This document shows, one piece after another, positions 1-11,091 of a stretch of 64,000 bases of DNA. A program made the position numbers and the translations under genes. Origin of the DNA: an uncultured Deinococcaceae bacterium (GTDB lineage: Bacteria; Deinococcota; Deinococci; Deinococcales; Deinococcaceae). The notes under the pieces were generated by a model. That model was not told the origin of the DNA, made no database searches, and was given only the letters and a program-made list of their open reading frames with translations. The first letter of the stretch is position 1, and each line of letters starts with the position of its first letter. The stretch covers positions 17,055 to 81,054 of the forward strand of contig CAXULY010000026.1 of assembly GCA_964252075.1 (NCBI GenBank). Reading direction: 5' to 3'.

Positions 1-399
1 GTGGGGTTCGCTCCGAACGTACAGGGCCAGCAGGCCGCGCGGGTGCGTGCGCTGGCCGCGCGCCTCGGCGCGCTGGAGTTGCTGCACCGTCCGGCCAGCG
101 CCCTGTCGCAGGGACAGTTGAAGCGCCTGCTGCTCGCGCGGGCGCTCGTGCACCGCCCGCGCCTCATCGTGTTCGATGAGCCCTTCGACTTTCTGGACGC
201 CGCCACGCGGGCTCAGCTGTCCGCCCTGCTTGGGGAAGCGGTCGCGGACGGCGCGCAGGTGCTGCTCGTCGCGCACCGAGCGGGCGACGTGCCGCCCTTC
301 ATCACGCACGAACTGCAGCTCGACGCGGGAAGCGTGCTTAGCGCGGGCCCCGTGAGGACGGAACAGGACGCGCTGCGCCAAGCTGAGCTGCCGTTGTGA
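1..399 (+). CDS. ABC transporter ATP-binding protein, C-terminal part (truncated at window edge; ModF-like)
   Basis: ABC signature LSQGQ, Walker B/D-loop IVFDEPFDFLD, H-switch LVAH. Confidence 0.85.
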   Translation: MGFAPNVQGQQAARVRALAARLGALELLHRPASALSQGQLKRLLLARALVHRPRLIVFDEPFDFLDAATRAQLSALLGEAVADGAQVLLVAHRAGDVPPFITHELQLDAGSVLSAGPVRTEQDALRQAELPL

Positions 400-454
400 G
401 AACGCTGAAGGCCAAGCTCGCGCCGGGCAGGCACAATACCGGGTGGAGGCATTC

Positions 455-964
455 ATGACACACGCAATCAAGCTGGGCCTGCTGCTGCTGGCCGTCACGG
501 GCGGCGCGCAGGCCGCCACGTTTCGCAGCACCGCCGACCGCTTCAGCTTCACGTACCCGAGCGGCTGGACGAAACAGGAGAACATTCAGGGGGCCGCCGT
601 GGCGGTCATCGCGCCCAGTGCGGGCGGCTTCAGTCGGAACGTGAACGTCGTCGTGATTCCCGGCGCGCCCGCCGGGGTGAGCCTCAATGACGTGCTGACC
701 GCGAACCGCGCGAACCTCGCGAAGCAGATCAAGAACCTGAAGGTCATCTCCCAGCGCAAGGTGCAGGTGGGCGGCGTGCCGGGTCAGGAGCTGGTGTACA
801 GCGGCTCGGTCAGCACGGCGGGCACGCGCGTGCTGCGCTTCAAGCAGCGCTACACCATTCACTCCGGCAAACTGTTCGTGCTCACGCAGACGGCGCTCGC
901 CACGGATTCGGGAGCGGACGGCGCGGTGACGCCCGTCCTCGACAGCTTCAAGTTCCTGAAGTAG
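455..964 (+). CDS. Secreted PsbP/DcrB-like (DUF1795-type) protein
   Basis: GGAGG RBS before ATG 455; signal peptide ending AQA; FSFTYPSGW motif and C-terminal 'VLDSFKF' typical of the PsbP-like fold. Confidence 0.65.
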   Translation: MTHAIKLGLLLLAVTGGAQAATFRSTADRFSFTYPSGWTKQENIQGAAVAVIAPSAGGFSRNVNVVVIPGAPAGVSLNDVLTANRANLAKQIKNLKVISQRKVQVGGVPGQELVYSGSVSTAGTRVLRFKQRYTIHSGKLFVLTQTALATDSGADGAVTPVLDSFKFLK

Positions 965-1736
965 CGGTCCCCTCGCCGGACAGCTGCGCGGCGAAGCGGG
1001 TCAGCCAGTCGCCCAGCGCGTCCGGCGAGGTCACGGTGGCGTCGGCGTGCGGGGCGAGCAGCGGCAGGTCGCCGACCTGCACGGCGAGGCCCGCGAGTTC
1101 CAGCATGGCGACGTCGTTGTCGCTGTCCCCGAAGGCCACCGTGGCGGCCAGCGGCACGCCGAGCGCCTCCGCGAGCGCCACGAGCGCCGCGCCCTTGTCC
1201 GCGCCCGCCGGGGTGACCGTCAGGAATTCCGGGTAGGGGTCCTGCGCGCCCGTCAGGATGAGGTGCGGCTGCGCGGCGCGCAGGTGCTCCGCCCAGCCCG
1301 CGACGCCCGGGTGGTACACCGCGACCTTCAGGATCTCGTCCCCGTGCGCTTCCTGCAGGGGCCGCAGCGCGCGCTCCGCGAGCCAGCCGGGCAGTTCGCC
1401 TTCCGGCAGGTCGTGGTAGATGTGATCGCGTCCGTAGGCGAACACGCGCGCCTCGGGCATCGCGACGGCCAGCACGGCGCGCAGCTCGTCCACGGTGAAG
1501 CGCGCCTCGGTGTGCAGGGCGTCACCCACCCGGATCGTCCCGCCATTGTTGATGGCCCAGGCGTCGAGCTTCACGGCGGCGTGCACGTTCTCGGGGACGC
1601 GATCACGCCCGGTGATCACGGCGAGCTGGCACCCCAGGTCCCGCAGGTCCTGGAGGGCGCGCGAGGTGGCCTCCGGCACGATCTTGTCGTCGTTCAGCAG
1701 GGTCCCGTCGAGGTCGAAGGCGAGCAGTCTGGACAC
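948..1736 (-). CDS. HAD-superfamily hydrolase, Cof-like (subfamily IIB)
   Basis: Motif I DLDGTLL, motif II ITGR, K in ADKG, motif IV GDSDND; TAGGCT 7 nt upstream of GTG. Confidence 0.9.
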   Translation of the reverse strand: MSRLLAFDLDGTLLNDDKIVPEATSRALQDLRDLGCQLAVITGRDRVPENVHAAVKLDAWAINNGGTIRVGDALHTEARFTVDELRAVLAVAMPEARVFAYGRDHIYHDLPEGELPGWLAERALRPLQEAHGDEILKVAVYHPGVAGWAEHLRAAQPHLILTGAQDPYPEFLTVTPAGADKGAALVALAEALGVPLAATVAFGDSDNDVAMLELAGLAVQVGDLPLLAPHADATVTSPDALGDWLTRFAAQLSGEGTATSGT

Positions 1737-1816
1737 GCCCGACAGCCTAACGCACGCGGGCGCAGCAGGAGGGGGCGGACGCCTGCGCGCCCGCCCCCTC
1801 GTCTCGGTCTCGAACG

Positions 1817-2077
1817 TCAGCCTTCGGCGTGCTCCAGGGTTGCCTGTCGGCTGGGCCAGACCATCAGGGCGACCAAGTACACCAGGTACACCAGCAGCAG
1901 GTAGAAGAGTTCCTGGCTGGGGTGCAGGTACTGCGACACGGCGGCGGTGAGGTACATCAGGACCATGATGAGCATGAGTTGGGGGCGCTGCTTGGGGCGA
2001 TTGCGGAAAGCCCAGCCGCCCGCGAGCATGGCAAACACCACCGGGCCGACGAAGGTCGTGAACAGCTCCTGATCCAT
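1817..2077 (-). CDS. Small integral membrane protein (about 3 TM helices), function unknown
   Basis: 86 aa with three hydrophobic stretches; -10 box TAACCT 7 nt upstream of ATG. Confidence 0.7.
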   Translation of the reverse strand: MDQELFTTFVGPVVFAMLAGGWAFRNRPKQRPQLMLIMVLMYLTAAVSQYLHPSQELFYLLLVYLVYLVALMVWPSRQATLEHAEG

Positions 2078-2084
2078 ACTTAAC

Positions 2085-2119
2085 AGGTTAATGATTTCTT
2101 ATGACAAGCCTCTGACAAG
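2085..2119 (-). promoter_or_regulatory. -10 box plus tandem 11-bp-pitch direct repeat (PhoB/OmpR-box-like)
   Basis: Minus strand reads CTTGTCA-gagg-CTTGTCA-11 nt-TAACCT-7 nt-ATG. Confidence 0.5.
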
Positions 2120-2165
2120 ATGAAGGGCTTGCCTACACAGCTCGAAAAGCCCATCGTGACGCGGT

Positions 2166-3269
2166 TCAACGCACCCGGTAAGCCTCCAGGCGGGCAGGGT
2201 CCAGCCATGCTTCACTCAGGGCGTTCACATCCAGCACACCTTCCTCAAAGCGCAGGGGGCGGTCGAGCAGGTCTCCCTCCAACTTCAGCACGAAGCTCAA
2301 CTCGCAGGGTTCCGTGACGCCCTCCTGGCTGGCGATCAGCGCCGCGTGCAGGGTGCCGATGCCGCTGCCCGCCTGGCTGCCCACCATGACGCCTCGGCCC
2401 GCCTCACGCGCGCGCGCCAGCATGGCGAGGCTCTGTGTGAAGCCCGTGCGCGCGGGCTTGATGTTCAGGATGTCGAAGGTACCGAAATCCAGCTCGCGCT
2501 CCAGGTCGGCGGGCGTGAAGCACGAATCGTCCGCCACGATGGGCAGCACCCCACGTGCGCGCAGGTCGGCGCGGGCGCGCAGCTGCCGCACGGGCAGCGG
2601 CTCCTCCACGTACATGAGGCCCGCGGCCCGCATGGCGGCCAGCGCGTCCGGCGCGGCGTCCGGCGTGAGGGTCTCGTTGCTGTCCGCGTACAGGCGCACG
2701 CCCGCCCCCGCGAACTCGTGACGCAGCGCGCCGATCATCTGCAGGTCCCGTGTGTGGTCGCGCCCCACCTTCACCTTCAGCACGCGCACGCCCGCCTCAA
2801 TCACCGCGCGCGCTTCCGCGAGCATGGTGTCCCGGTCCCCGATGCCGAGGATGAACGACACCGGGATGCGCCGGTTCGGTCCGGCGAGGCGCGCGAACAG
2901 CGTGGTGCCGTCCGCCTGCGCGCGCGCGTCCCAGCACGCCATGTCCAGGCCGCCGCGGACCGTGTTGTTGTTCGCGAGGCCCTCCAGCGCCCGCGCGATG
3001 CCCGCCCCGTCGTGAATGTCGAGGCCTGTCAGGGCGGGCGCGAGGTGCTGCACAGCGCCCAGCACGCTGGCGACCGTCTCGCCGTAGATGCTGGGGCGGG
3101 GCGGCGCCTCCGCCTCACCGACCGCGCCGCCCGCGAGGTGCACGCGCAGCAGCACGTGCTCCGCGGCGCTCAGGTGCCCGTGCTGACCCCACGCGAGCAC
3201 GCCCCGCATGGGGAGGCGGAAGGGAATGGCCTCCACGCGCGCGATGCGGGTGTTGGCCGTCACAGCCAC
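2166..3269 (-). CDS. Enolase-superfamily enzyme, muconate lactonizing / dipeptide epimerase subgroup
   Basis: KVKVG (KxK), metal ligands in DSNE, EEP and ADDS, second Lys in NIK. Confidence 0.85.
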   Translation of the reverse strand: MAVTANTRIARVEAIPFRLPMRGVLAWGQHGHLSAAEHVLLRVHLAGGAVGEAEAPPRPSIYGETVASVLGAVQHLAPALTGLDIHDGAGIARALEGLANNNTVRGGLDMACWDARAQADGTTLFARLAGPNRRIPVSFILGIGDRDTMLAEARAVIEAGVRVLKVKVGRDHTRDLQMIGALRHEFAGAGVRLYADSNETLTPDAAPDALAAMRAAGLMYVEEPLPVRQLRARADLRARGVLPIVADDSCFTPADLERELDFGTFDILNIKPARTGFTQSLAMLARAREAGRGVMVGSQAGSGIGTLHAALIASQEGVTEPCELSFVLKLEGDLLDRPLRFEEGVLDVNALSEAWLDPARLEAYRVR

Positions 3270-4024
3270 TCCCCGATGCGCGCCGCGACTTCCGCCGGGC
3301 TGAGGCGCAGGGTGTCGAGGTCCAGCGCCCGGTGGGCGGGCAGGCCCGCGAGATGAGCGGCGGCGGCCTGCGGGTCGTAATGCCGACGCTCCGTCACCAC
3401 GATGCGCGCCTTGGCGAGCACCTCCTGTGGCGCGTGCCCCTGCTCGGGCAGCGCCGCAATCTGGCGCACCTCATCCGCAGAGAACACCGCGTTGAGGCCC
3501 TCAATGTGGTGCAGGTCCGCCTCCACGTTCGTGATGTCGCGGGCCATCACGCGGTCGAAGGCGTCCGCACGGCCCAGCAGGCGGCGCAGGCGCACGAGGT
3601 CCGGCGCGTGGAGCGCCACGAAGCGCCACAGCGGGTGGTGCGCGGCGGCGTACCGCACTTCCTCCAGACCGCGCAGGCCGTCGAAGACCAGCAGGTCGTC
3701 CGGTGCGCGCCCATCGAGCGCAAGGGAGCCGAGCGCCTCGGCCATGCCGCCCGGGTGCGACTCGCGGTAGCGCGCCGTGAGGGCGAAGCGCTGCTCGCGG
3801 TCCTGTACGGGGCCGCCCGCGAGCGGCTCGATCATGACGGCGTCCGTCACGACGCGGCGGTCGGGCAGCAGGGAGAGATCGGGCCGCAGGTCCTGCAGCG
3901 CGCGCAGCGCGGTGCTCTTGCCCACGCCCGTCACGCCGACCAGCACGATGAGGGGCAGCGCCGCGAGCGCCTGCGCGCTGCCGGGCTCGGCCGGGCGCAA
4001 ACCGGAGAGGCGGGAGTCGTTCAT
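3260..4024 (-). CDS. P-loop NTPase / nucleotide-kinase-like protein
   Basis: Walker [10 protein letters not shown] near N-terminus, VFDGLRG motif; TAGACT 6 nt upstream of ATG; overlaps next gene. Confidence 0.75.
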   Translation of the reverse strand: MNDSRLSGLRPAEPGSAQALAALPLIVLVGVTGVGKSTALRALQDLRPDLSLLPDRRVVTDAVMIEPLAGGPVQDREQRFALTARYRESHPGGMAEALGSLALDGRAPDDLLVFDGLRGLEEVRYAAAHHPLWRFVALHAPDLVRLRRLLGRADAFDRVMARDITNVEADLHHIEGLNAVFSADEVRQIAALPEQGHAPQEVLAKARIVVTERRHYDPQAAAAHLAGLPAHRALDLDTLRLSPAEVAARIGEWL

Positions 4025-4130
4025 CCGCAGAGTCTAGGGCGCGGGGCGGGCGGAGCGGCGGGCGCGGGTCAAACGAATGCTGCCCGATCTGACTTCCAAT
4101 CGCAGCGCGAGACCCCGCTATACTTTCTGC

Positions 4131-5765
4131 GTGAAGGCCGCCAACAACGCAGGGGGTCACCTGGAGCGGCTGGAGGTGAGCCGCCTGGCGACCATCGAGG
4201 CGCTCACGCTGGAGTTGTCCGGCGGGCTCAGTGTGTTCACGGGTGAGACGGGCGCCGGGAAGAGCATCATCGTGGACGCGCTGGGCCTGCTGCTGGGCGC
4301 GCGCGCGTCCAGCGACCTCGTGCGGACGGGCGAGGCGGACCTCCTCGTGACGGGCTTCTGGCAGGAGGAGAGCGCGTCCCGGCGCGTGACCGTGCAGGGC
4401 CGCAGCACCGCGCGGCTCTCCGGCGAGGTGGTGACGCTGCGCGAACTGTCCGACTTCGCGGAGGAGCGCCTCACCATCCACTGGCAGCACAGCGCGCAGA
4501 GCCTGCTCTCCCCCGCCCGCCAGCGCGCCCTGCTGGACGACCGCGCGCACGACGAGCTGCGCGCGTACGAACGCGCGTACGCCGCGTGGCGTGCGGCGGG
4601 CGAGCGGCTGGAGCGGCTGCGCGCCAGCGAGCGTGAGCGTGCCCGGCAGCTGGACCTGCTCACGTACCAGGCGCAGGAGATCGCGGCGGTGAACCCGCAG
4701 GAGGGTGAGGAGGAACCCCTGCGCGCGGAACTGGACCGGCTGTCGAACCTCGACCTGATCGCCTCAGGGGCGTCCGACGCGCTGGCGTTGCTGGCGGGCG
4801 AGGAGGTGAGCGCGCAGGGCCTCGTGGGGGACGCCGTGCGCGCCCTCACGTCCGCGGCGCGCTACGAGCCGAACGTCGCGCAGCTCCAGCGTGAACTGCG
4901 CGAGGCGCTGTCGGCGCTGGAGGCGGTGGCGGGTGAGCTGCGGGACGTGGCGGACGCGAGCGCGCCCGACCCGGAGGAACTCGCGCGGGTGGAGCAGCGC
5001 CTCGCGCAGCTCGCCAAGCTGCAGACGAAGTACGGCCCGAACATCGCGGACGTGCTGCGCTATCAGGCGGAACTGACGGCGCAGCTGCAGGACCTGCACC
5101 GCGACGAGTCCGACGCGGGCAGCCTGGAGGGCGAGCTGAGAACCCTGCAGGCGGACGTGATGGCGAGCGGGCGAGCGCTCGCGGAGGCGCGGCGCGCCGT
5201 GGCGGCGCCGCTCGCGGAGCAGTTGGAGGGCGTCATCCGGCAGCTCGGCATGCCGCACGCGCGCCTGACGTTCAGCCTGGACGCCCTCACCGAGCCCGGC
5301 CCGCACGGGCTGGAGGAGGTGCGTGTGCTGTTCAGCGCGAACCCCGGCGAGGACGCCGGGCCGCTCGCGAGCGTCGCGTCGGGCGGTGAGCTGTCGCGCG
5401 TGATGCTGGCGATCAGCACCGTGACGGGCGCGCACACGCCCAGCGTGGTGTTCGACGAGGTGGACGCGGGCGTGGGTGGCGCGGCGGCGCTCGCGGTGGC
5501 GGCGCAGCTCGCGGCGCTCTCGCGCGACCGGCAGGTGATGGTCGTGACGCACCTCGCGCAGATCGCGGCGCGCGCCGACCATCACTTCAAGGTGGAAAAG
5601 GCGCTGGAGGACGGGCGCACCGTGACGCGCGTGCGGGAGTTGCGCGGCCCCGAGCGCCTGGAGGAGATCGCGCGCATGCTGAGTGGGGACCTGTCCGAGG
5701 CGGCGCTGCGCCACGCGCGGGAGCTCGTGGAGGGCGGACGCAAGAAGACGGCCAGCCGAAGCTGA
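4131..5765 (+). CDS. recN: DNA repair protein RecN
   Basis: Walker A TGETGAGKS, coiled coil, signature ASGGELSR, Walker B FDEVDAGVGG, VTHLAQIAA; start set at GTG 4131, 6 nt after TATACT (4119-4124). Confidence 0.95.
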   Translation: MKAANNAGGHLERLEVSRLATIEALTLELSGGLSVFTGETGAGKSIIVDALGLLLGARASSDLVRTGEADLLVTGFWQEESASRRVTVQGRSTARLSGEVVTLRELSDFAEERLTIHWQHSAQSLLSPARQRALLDDRAHDELRAYERAYAAWRAAGERLERLRASERERARQLDLLTYQAQEIAAVNPQEGEEEPLRAELDRLSNLDLIASGASDALALLAGEEVSAQGLVGDAVRALTSAARYEPNVAQLQRELREALSALEAVAGELRDVADASAPDPEELARVEQRLAQLAKLQTKYGPNIADVLRYQAELTAQLQDLHRDESDAGSLEGELRTLQADVMASGRALAEARRAVAAPLAEQLEGVIRQLGMPHARLTFSLDALTEPGPHGLEEVRVLFSANPGEDAGPLASVASGGELSRVMLAISTVTGAHTPSVVFDEVDAGVGGAAALAVAAQLAALSRDRQVMVVTHLAQIAARADHHFKVEKALEDGRTVTRVRELRGPERLEEIARMLSGDLSEAALRHARELVEGGRKKTASRS

Positions 5766-5783
5766 CCGCCCCCGAGCCCGCTG

Positions 5784-6176
5784 TTACAGGCGGATGCCGA
5801 CGGACGCGCCGATCACCGGGCCGAACTGCTTGAAGTTCAGGCCGCCCTCCACGTCGAAGAAGACGCTCTGCGTCTCGAAGCGGTGGCCCACCAGGGCGTT
5901 GACGTTCGTGAGGCCGCCGCGCGTGAAGCCGACAGTGCCCGCGACGTAATTGTTGCCGGGCAGGAAGTACTTCGCGCCGCCGATGATCTTGTCCTGCGTG
6001 ACGCCCGCCGTGACGCGCCAGTTGCTGTTCAGGGGAATCTCGGCTTCCACGCCAAGGCCCGCGCCGGACCCCACGCGGGCCTTCACCGCGATGCCGGTGC
6101 GGGTGGTCTGCGCGGACGCGAAGGACGCGGCGAGGAGTGGGAGGGCCAGCAGGGTGACGGAAAGGATGCGCTTCAT
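5784..6176 (-). CDS. Secreted protein, probable small outer-membrane beta-barrel
   Basis: Signal peptide MKRILSVTLLALPLLAASFASA; amphipathic Gly/aromatic beta strands; C-terminal GASVGIRL; TAGGGT 7 nt upstream of ATG. Confidence 0.6.
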   Translation of the reverse strand: MKRILSVTLLALPLLAASFASAQTTRTGIAVKARVGSGAGLGVEAEIPLNSNWRVTAGVTQDKIIGGAKYFLPGNNYVAGTVGFTRGGLTNVNALVGHRFETQSVFFDVEGGLNFKQFGPVIGASVGIRL

Positions 6177-6311
6177 GCGGGACACCCTAGCGGCCTCAGC
6201 TGACGGCATTCCCCCAGCGGCCTAAATCGAATCTGGTGTGCATCCCAGATTCAGCTCACACCTCACGGGCGTGCCTTAAGGTGCGGGCATGCGAACGCAC
6301 GGAACACCACA

Positions 6312-6365
6312 TGAAGGCCGGTTGAAGGCAGGGTTCAGGGGATGGTCAGGGACGCTGCATACGAT
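6312..6365 (+). promoter_or_regulatory. Four phased direct repeats plus -10 box upstream of lipoprotein gene
   Basis: TGAAGG 6312, TGAAGG 6323, TTCAGG 6334, GTCAGG 6345 (exact 11-bp pitch), then TACGAT 6360-6365 and ATG 6373. Confidence 0.55.
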
Positions 6366-6372
6366 GAGCGCC

Positions 6373-7476
6373 ATGAAACACGCACGCTACGGCGGTGTAC
6401 TGCTGCTCACGGGGCTCCTCTCGGCCTGCACCATGCAGGGCCCGGGCAACCTGCGCGTTCACGAGGTGGCCCTGTACGGTGGCAGCCAGGACCGCATCGT
6501 GTGGGTGTACGGCACGGTGAATGGCGGAAAGAGCAGCATCAAATTGGGCGGGCAGACGGTCGAACTGCGCCCGCAGATCGCGGACCCGCTCGGCGTGAGC
6601 GGCACACTCAGCGTGAATGGCGCGGCCACGTACCGCACCAAGACCAGCCTCACCGCGCAGGCGCTGAGCGTCACGCGCGACGGGGACGCCTTCACCGTGC
6701 GCGCGAACACGGACTTGCAGGCGGTGTACTTCACGGACGGCGGGGGCCGCTGGTTCCGCCTCACGGACGCCCTGTCGCGCGGCGCGAACGTGCGCGTGGC
6801 GGCCCGCGCGAGCGCCTTCGTGCGCGGCGCGGGGCAGCTCAGTGACGTGGAGGCCGACGCGCTCGGCGCGGCGCTCAGCAACCAGGGGGCACTGGCCATC
6901 GGGGTGCTCGCGCGAGTGCCGGACGCACCCCTGGGGGTGGAGCCCACCCCGCAGGAGCAGCATCAGACGGGCCTGTACATCCTGCCGGGCGCGGGCAACC
7001 CCTCGTCCGTCACGCCCGTGCCCCCCACCGGAGGGACCGTGAACCCAGACCCGACCCCGCCCACCACGGGCACCGTCGCCGTGCGTGAACTCGCGCGCGG
7101 CAGCAATAGCCTTCAGAACGGCTCGGAGGCGAGTGCCAGCGTGTCGCGCAGCCTCAGCAGCTTCGCGCAGGTGTGGCGCAGCGCGAACGGCACCATCACG
7201 CCCGCCCCGCAGGTGCCCAGCGTGAACTTCACGCAGGGCGCGGTGGTGACGGTGTTCGCGGGCCAGAAGCCCAGCGGTGGGTACGGCGTGCGCTTCGTGC
7301 GCGGGTCGCTCACGGGCAGCACCCTCACCCTCACGGTGGACTTCACGACGCCCCCGCCCGGCGCCATCACCACGCAGTCCCTCACCAGCCCGTGGCTGGC
7401 GCTGAACGTTCAGGGTCGCTTCGACCGCGTGGTGGTGCAGGACCTGAGTGGGAACCCCGTGAGCGTCACGCAGTAA
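6373..7476 (+). CDS. Lipoprotein with C-terminal PrcB-like domain
   Basis: Lipobox LLSAC; Pro/Thr linker; C-terminal GQKPSGGYGV...TQSLTSPW typical of PrcB_C. Confidence 0.7.
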   Translation: MKHARYGGVLLLTGLLSACTMQGPGNLRVHEVALYGGSQDRIVWVYGTVNGGKSSIKLGGQTVELRPQIADPLGVSGTLSVNGAATYRTKTSLTAQALSVTRDGDAFTVRANTDLQAVYFTDGGGRWFRLTDALSRGANVRVAARASAFVRGAGQLSDVEADALGAALSNQGALAIGVLARVPDAPLGVEPTPQEQHQTGLYILPGAGNPSSVTPVPPTGGTVNPDPTPPTTGTVAVRELARGSNSLQNGSEASASVSRSLSSFAQVWRSANGTITPAPQVPSVNFTQGAVVTVFAGQKPSGGYGVRFVRGSLTGSTLTLTVDFTTPPPGAITTQSLTSPWLALNVQGRFDRVVVQDLSGNPVSVTQ

Positions 7477-7478
7477 AC

Positions 7479-7523
7479 CACAAAGGAGGGCGGCGGGTGC
7501 TTCACCCGCCGCCCTCCTTTGTG
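7479..7523. terminator. Bidirectional intrinsic terminator
   Basis: Perfect 21-bp inverted repeat CACAAAGGAGGGCGGCGGGTG / CACCCGCCGCCCTCCTTTGTG between convergent genes. Confidence 0.85.
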
Positions 7524-7526
7524 TCC

Positions 7527-8288
7527 TTACAGGGTGAGGACGTCGCAGCCTTTCTCCGTCACGACCAGCGTGTGCTCGAACTGCGCGCTGGGCCGCGCGT
7601 CCGCCGTCACGACCGTCCAGCCGTCCGCGAGCAGTTCCGTCTCCGGGCGGCCCAGGTTGATCATGGGTTCCACCGTGAAGACCATGCCGGGCGTGAGGCG
7701 CAGGCCCGTGCCCGCCTTCCCCCAGTGGTAGATGGTGGGTTCTTCGTGCAGGCGCCGCCCGATGCCGTGCCCGGTGTACTCGCGCACCACCGAGAAGCCG
7801 CGCGACTCCGCCAGCGACTGAATGGCGTGCCCGATGTCGCCGGTCTTCGCGCCGGGCTTCACGGCGGCCAGTCCGGCCTCCAAGCACTCGCGGGTGGTCT
7901 GCACGAGTTTCGCGACGGCGGGGTTCACGCCGCCCACCGTGTAGGTGTAGCAGGCGTCGCCGTACACGCCGTCCATCAGCACGCCGATGTCCACCCCGAT
8001 GATGTCCCCCTCGCGCAGGCGGCGCGGGCTGGGAATGCCATGGCAGATCACCTCGTTCACGCTGAGGCACGTGGCGTGCCGGAAGGGGTTGTTCTTCGGT
8101 CCATACCCGATGTACGCAGGAATCGCGCCGCGCGAGCGGATGTGCTCCTCGGCGATGGCGTCGAGTTCCAGGAGGCTCGCGCCGGGCTTCACGTGCGGGT
8201 CCATGACCCTGAAGGTCTCGGCGACCAAGGCGCCGGCTCGGCGCATGGCCTCAATCTCGCGGGGGCTCTTGAGGGTCAGGCGGCTCAT
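7527..8288 (-). CDS. map: Methionine aminopeptidase, type I
   Basis: SVNEVICHGIP, DIG..GD, GHGIG..HEEP, EPMIN, AQFEHT. Confidence 0.97.
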   Translation of the reverse strand: MSRLTLKSPREIEAMRRAGALVAETFRVMDPHVKPGASLLELDAIAEEHIRSRGAIPAYIGYGPKNNPFRHATCLSVNEVICHGIPSPRRLREGDIIGVDIGVLMDGVYGDACYTYTVGGVNPAVAKLVQTTRECLEAGLAAVKPGAKTGDIGHAIQSLAESRGFSVVREYTGHGIGRRLHEEPTIYHWGKAGTGLRLTPGMVFTVEPMINLGRPETELLADGWTVVTADARPSAQFEHTLVVTEKGCDVLTL

Positions 8289-8349
8289 GAAAGCACGCTA
8301 CCACGCGCTCCGCGCGGCGGCGGCGGCGCGCGTCACGGTCACTGGCCGC

Positions 8350-8748
8350 TCAGGCGAGCGCGGCGCGCAGACGGTCCAGGGTGGCGTGCCACGCGGCGCC
8401 GTCGTCGCTGCCGTCCCACCGCTCGGCCAGTTCGCTGTCCTCGTCCTCCACGCGCTCCAGCGCGTCCACCGCGGACTCACTCAGGTGCGCGAGTTCGCCT
8501 TCCCGCAGTTCACGCAGCCAGCCGAGCAGCTCGGGCGCCTCCACCTGGCTGTGGTCGCCCGTGAGGTGCGCGGCGAGCAGTTCCGCCGCCGCGACGGCGC
8601 GGGCGGCCTCCGTGGCTTCCAGGTACTCGTCGGTGTCCGTCACCACCTCGAACGCCTCCTGCAGGGCGGGCGGACCGTCCTCGACCACCTCGGACAGGAA
8701 GGCGGTGGCGTCGTCGTTCTCGAAGGGCGCGGGACCCCAGGTGGCCAT
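8350..8748 (-). CDS. DUF4259-family acidic helical protein
   Basis: N-terminal WGPAPFENDDA and SELAERW motifs. Confidence 0.75.
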   Translation of the reverse strand: MATWGPAPFENDDATAFLSEVVEDGPPALQEAFEVVTDTDEYLEATEAARAVAAAELLAAHLTGDHSQVEAPELLGWLRELREGELAHLSESAVDALERVEDEDSELAERWDGSDDGAAWHATLDRLRAALA

Positions 8749-8903
8749 CAGTGCACCACCGGCGCGCGTCGGGGCAGGGCATGGAGGGCGGTCATGGGCG
8801 TCATGGTAATGGGTCGCGCGGCGGGCCGTCAGCCCTCGCGCCTCAGAAAGCGTGAAGCTTCAGGGAGGGCCGCGCCGCGCGACCCTCTCCCGCCCGCGCC
8901 CGC

Positions 8904-10133
<1,230 letters not shown>

Positions 10134-10212
10134 GCCCCATGCTACCCGCGGGAGCCCGGGACGTTTGGGGTGAAGCGCCCCCATGTGCGGCGCCCGCCCG
10201 CGTGGCTTTGCG

Positions 10213-10962
10213 TCAGTGGGGCGCGGTGGTGGCGCGGTACTGCGTGGGGGTGAGCCCCACGGCGCTCCGGAACTGCCGGGTGAAGGCGCTGTGGTCCGCG
10301 TACCCGCAGCGGTACGCGATGTCCGACACCCCCAGCGTCGTGCCGCGCAGCAGGTGCGACGCGGCCTCCACGCGCGCCTTCATCACGAGCTGCTTGGGCG
10401 TCAGGCCGAACACCTGCCGCGCGCCCCGCTCCAGGCGGTCCTCAGACAGCCCCGCGATGCGCGCGAGGTCCGGCACGCGCAGGCCCTGCGCGAGGTTCGC
10501 CTGAACGTGCTCCACGACCAGCGCGAGGCGCCCGTACAGCGCGCTGCGTTCGTCGGGCCGCGGCAGGTCCCGCGAGAGGCCCGTGAGTCCCACCACCCGC
10601 CCGAGGGCGTCCCGGAGGGGCAGCTTGTGCGTCAGGCACCAGCGGCCCGGCGCCACCGCGCTGTCCGGGGTGCGCGGGCCGGGCACGTGATACAGCTCCA
10701 AGCGGTCCAGGCTGGGCTCCCCCTGCGCGATGACGTGCAGGTCCATCTGGGTGGTGTTGCGGCCGAAATCGCCGGGGAAGAGGTCCGCGACGGTCCGGCC
10801 GAGCACCTCGTCGCTGCGCCGTTTGCCGCAGCGGCGCACCATCGTCTCGTTCACCAGCACGTACCGGGCGGCCTGGTCCTTCACGAAGAACATGGTGTCC
10901 GGCAGGCGGTCGAACAGAAACTGCAGGGCTTCCGGCGCGAGGGCAGGTGCTGGGACGGTCAC
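10213..10962 (-). CDS. AraC-family transcriptional regulator with N-terminal PAS-fold domain
   Basis: [14 protein letters not shown] (PAS_4-like); AraC HTH signature [18 protein letters not shown]. Confidence 0.9.
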   Translation of the reverse strand: MTVPAPALAPEALQFLFDRLPDTMFFVKDQAARYVLVNETMVRRCGKRRSDEVLGRTVADLFPGDFGRNTTQMDLHVIAQGEPSLDRLELYHVPGPRTPDSAVAPGRWCLTHKLPLRDALGRVVGLTGLSRDLPRPDERSALYGRLALVVEHVQANLAQGLRVPDLARIAGLSEDRLERGARQVFGLTPKQLVMKARVEAASHLLRGTTLGVSDIAYRCGYADHSAFTRQFRSAVGLTPTQYRATTAPH

Positions 10963-11091
10963 GCGTTCACTATGCCGAATTCCGCGAAGGGTGGAGTGCA
11001 AAGATCAAGACGGCGCGCGCGTGAACAGGAATCATGTGGGTATGCCTGTCCCTCGTCACCAGCGCCCCCCTTCCCTCGACGGCAGCTCCGC

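Noticed and set aside
4025..4130. Radiation/desiccation response motif (DdrO box) upstream of recN or recJ
   Set aside because: No AT-rich 17-bp palindrome of that type is visible in either upstream region.
8350..8748. DUF4259 protein as an immunity gene of a polymorphic toxin locus
   Set aside because: No toxin or secretion gene is adjacent. It lies between ispG and map.
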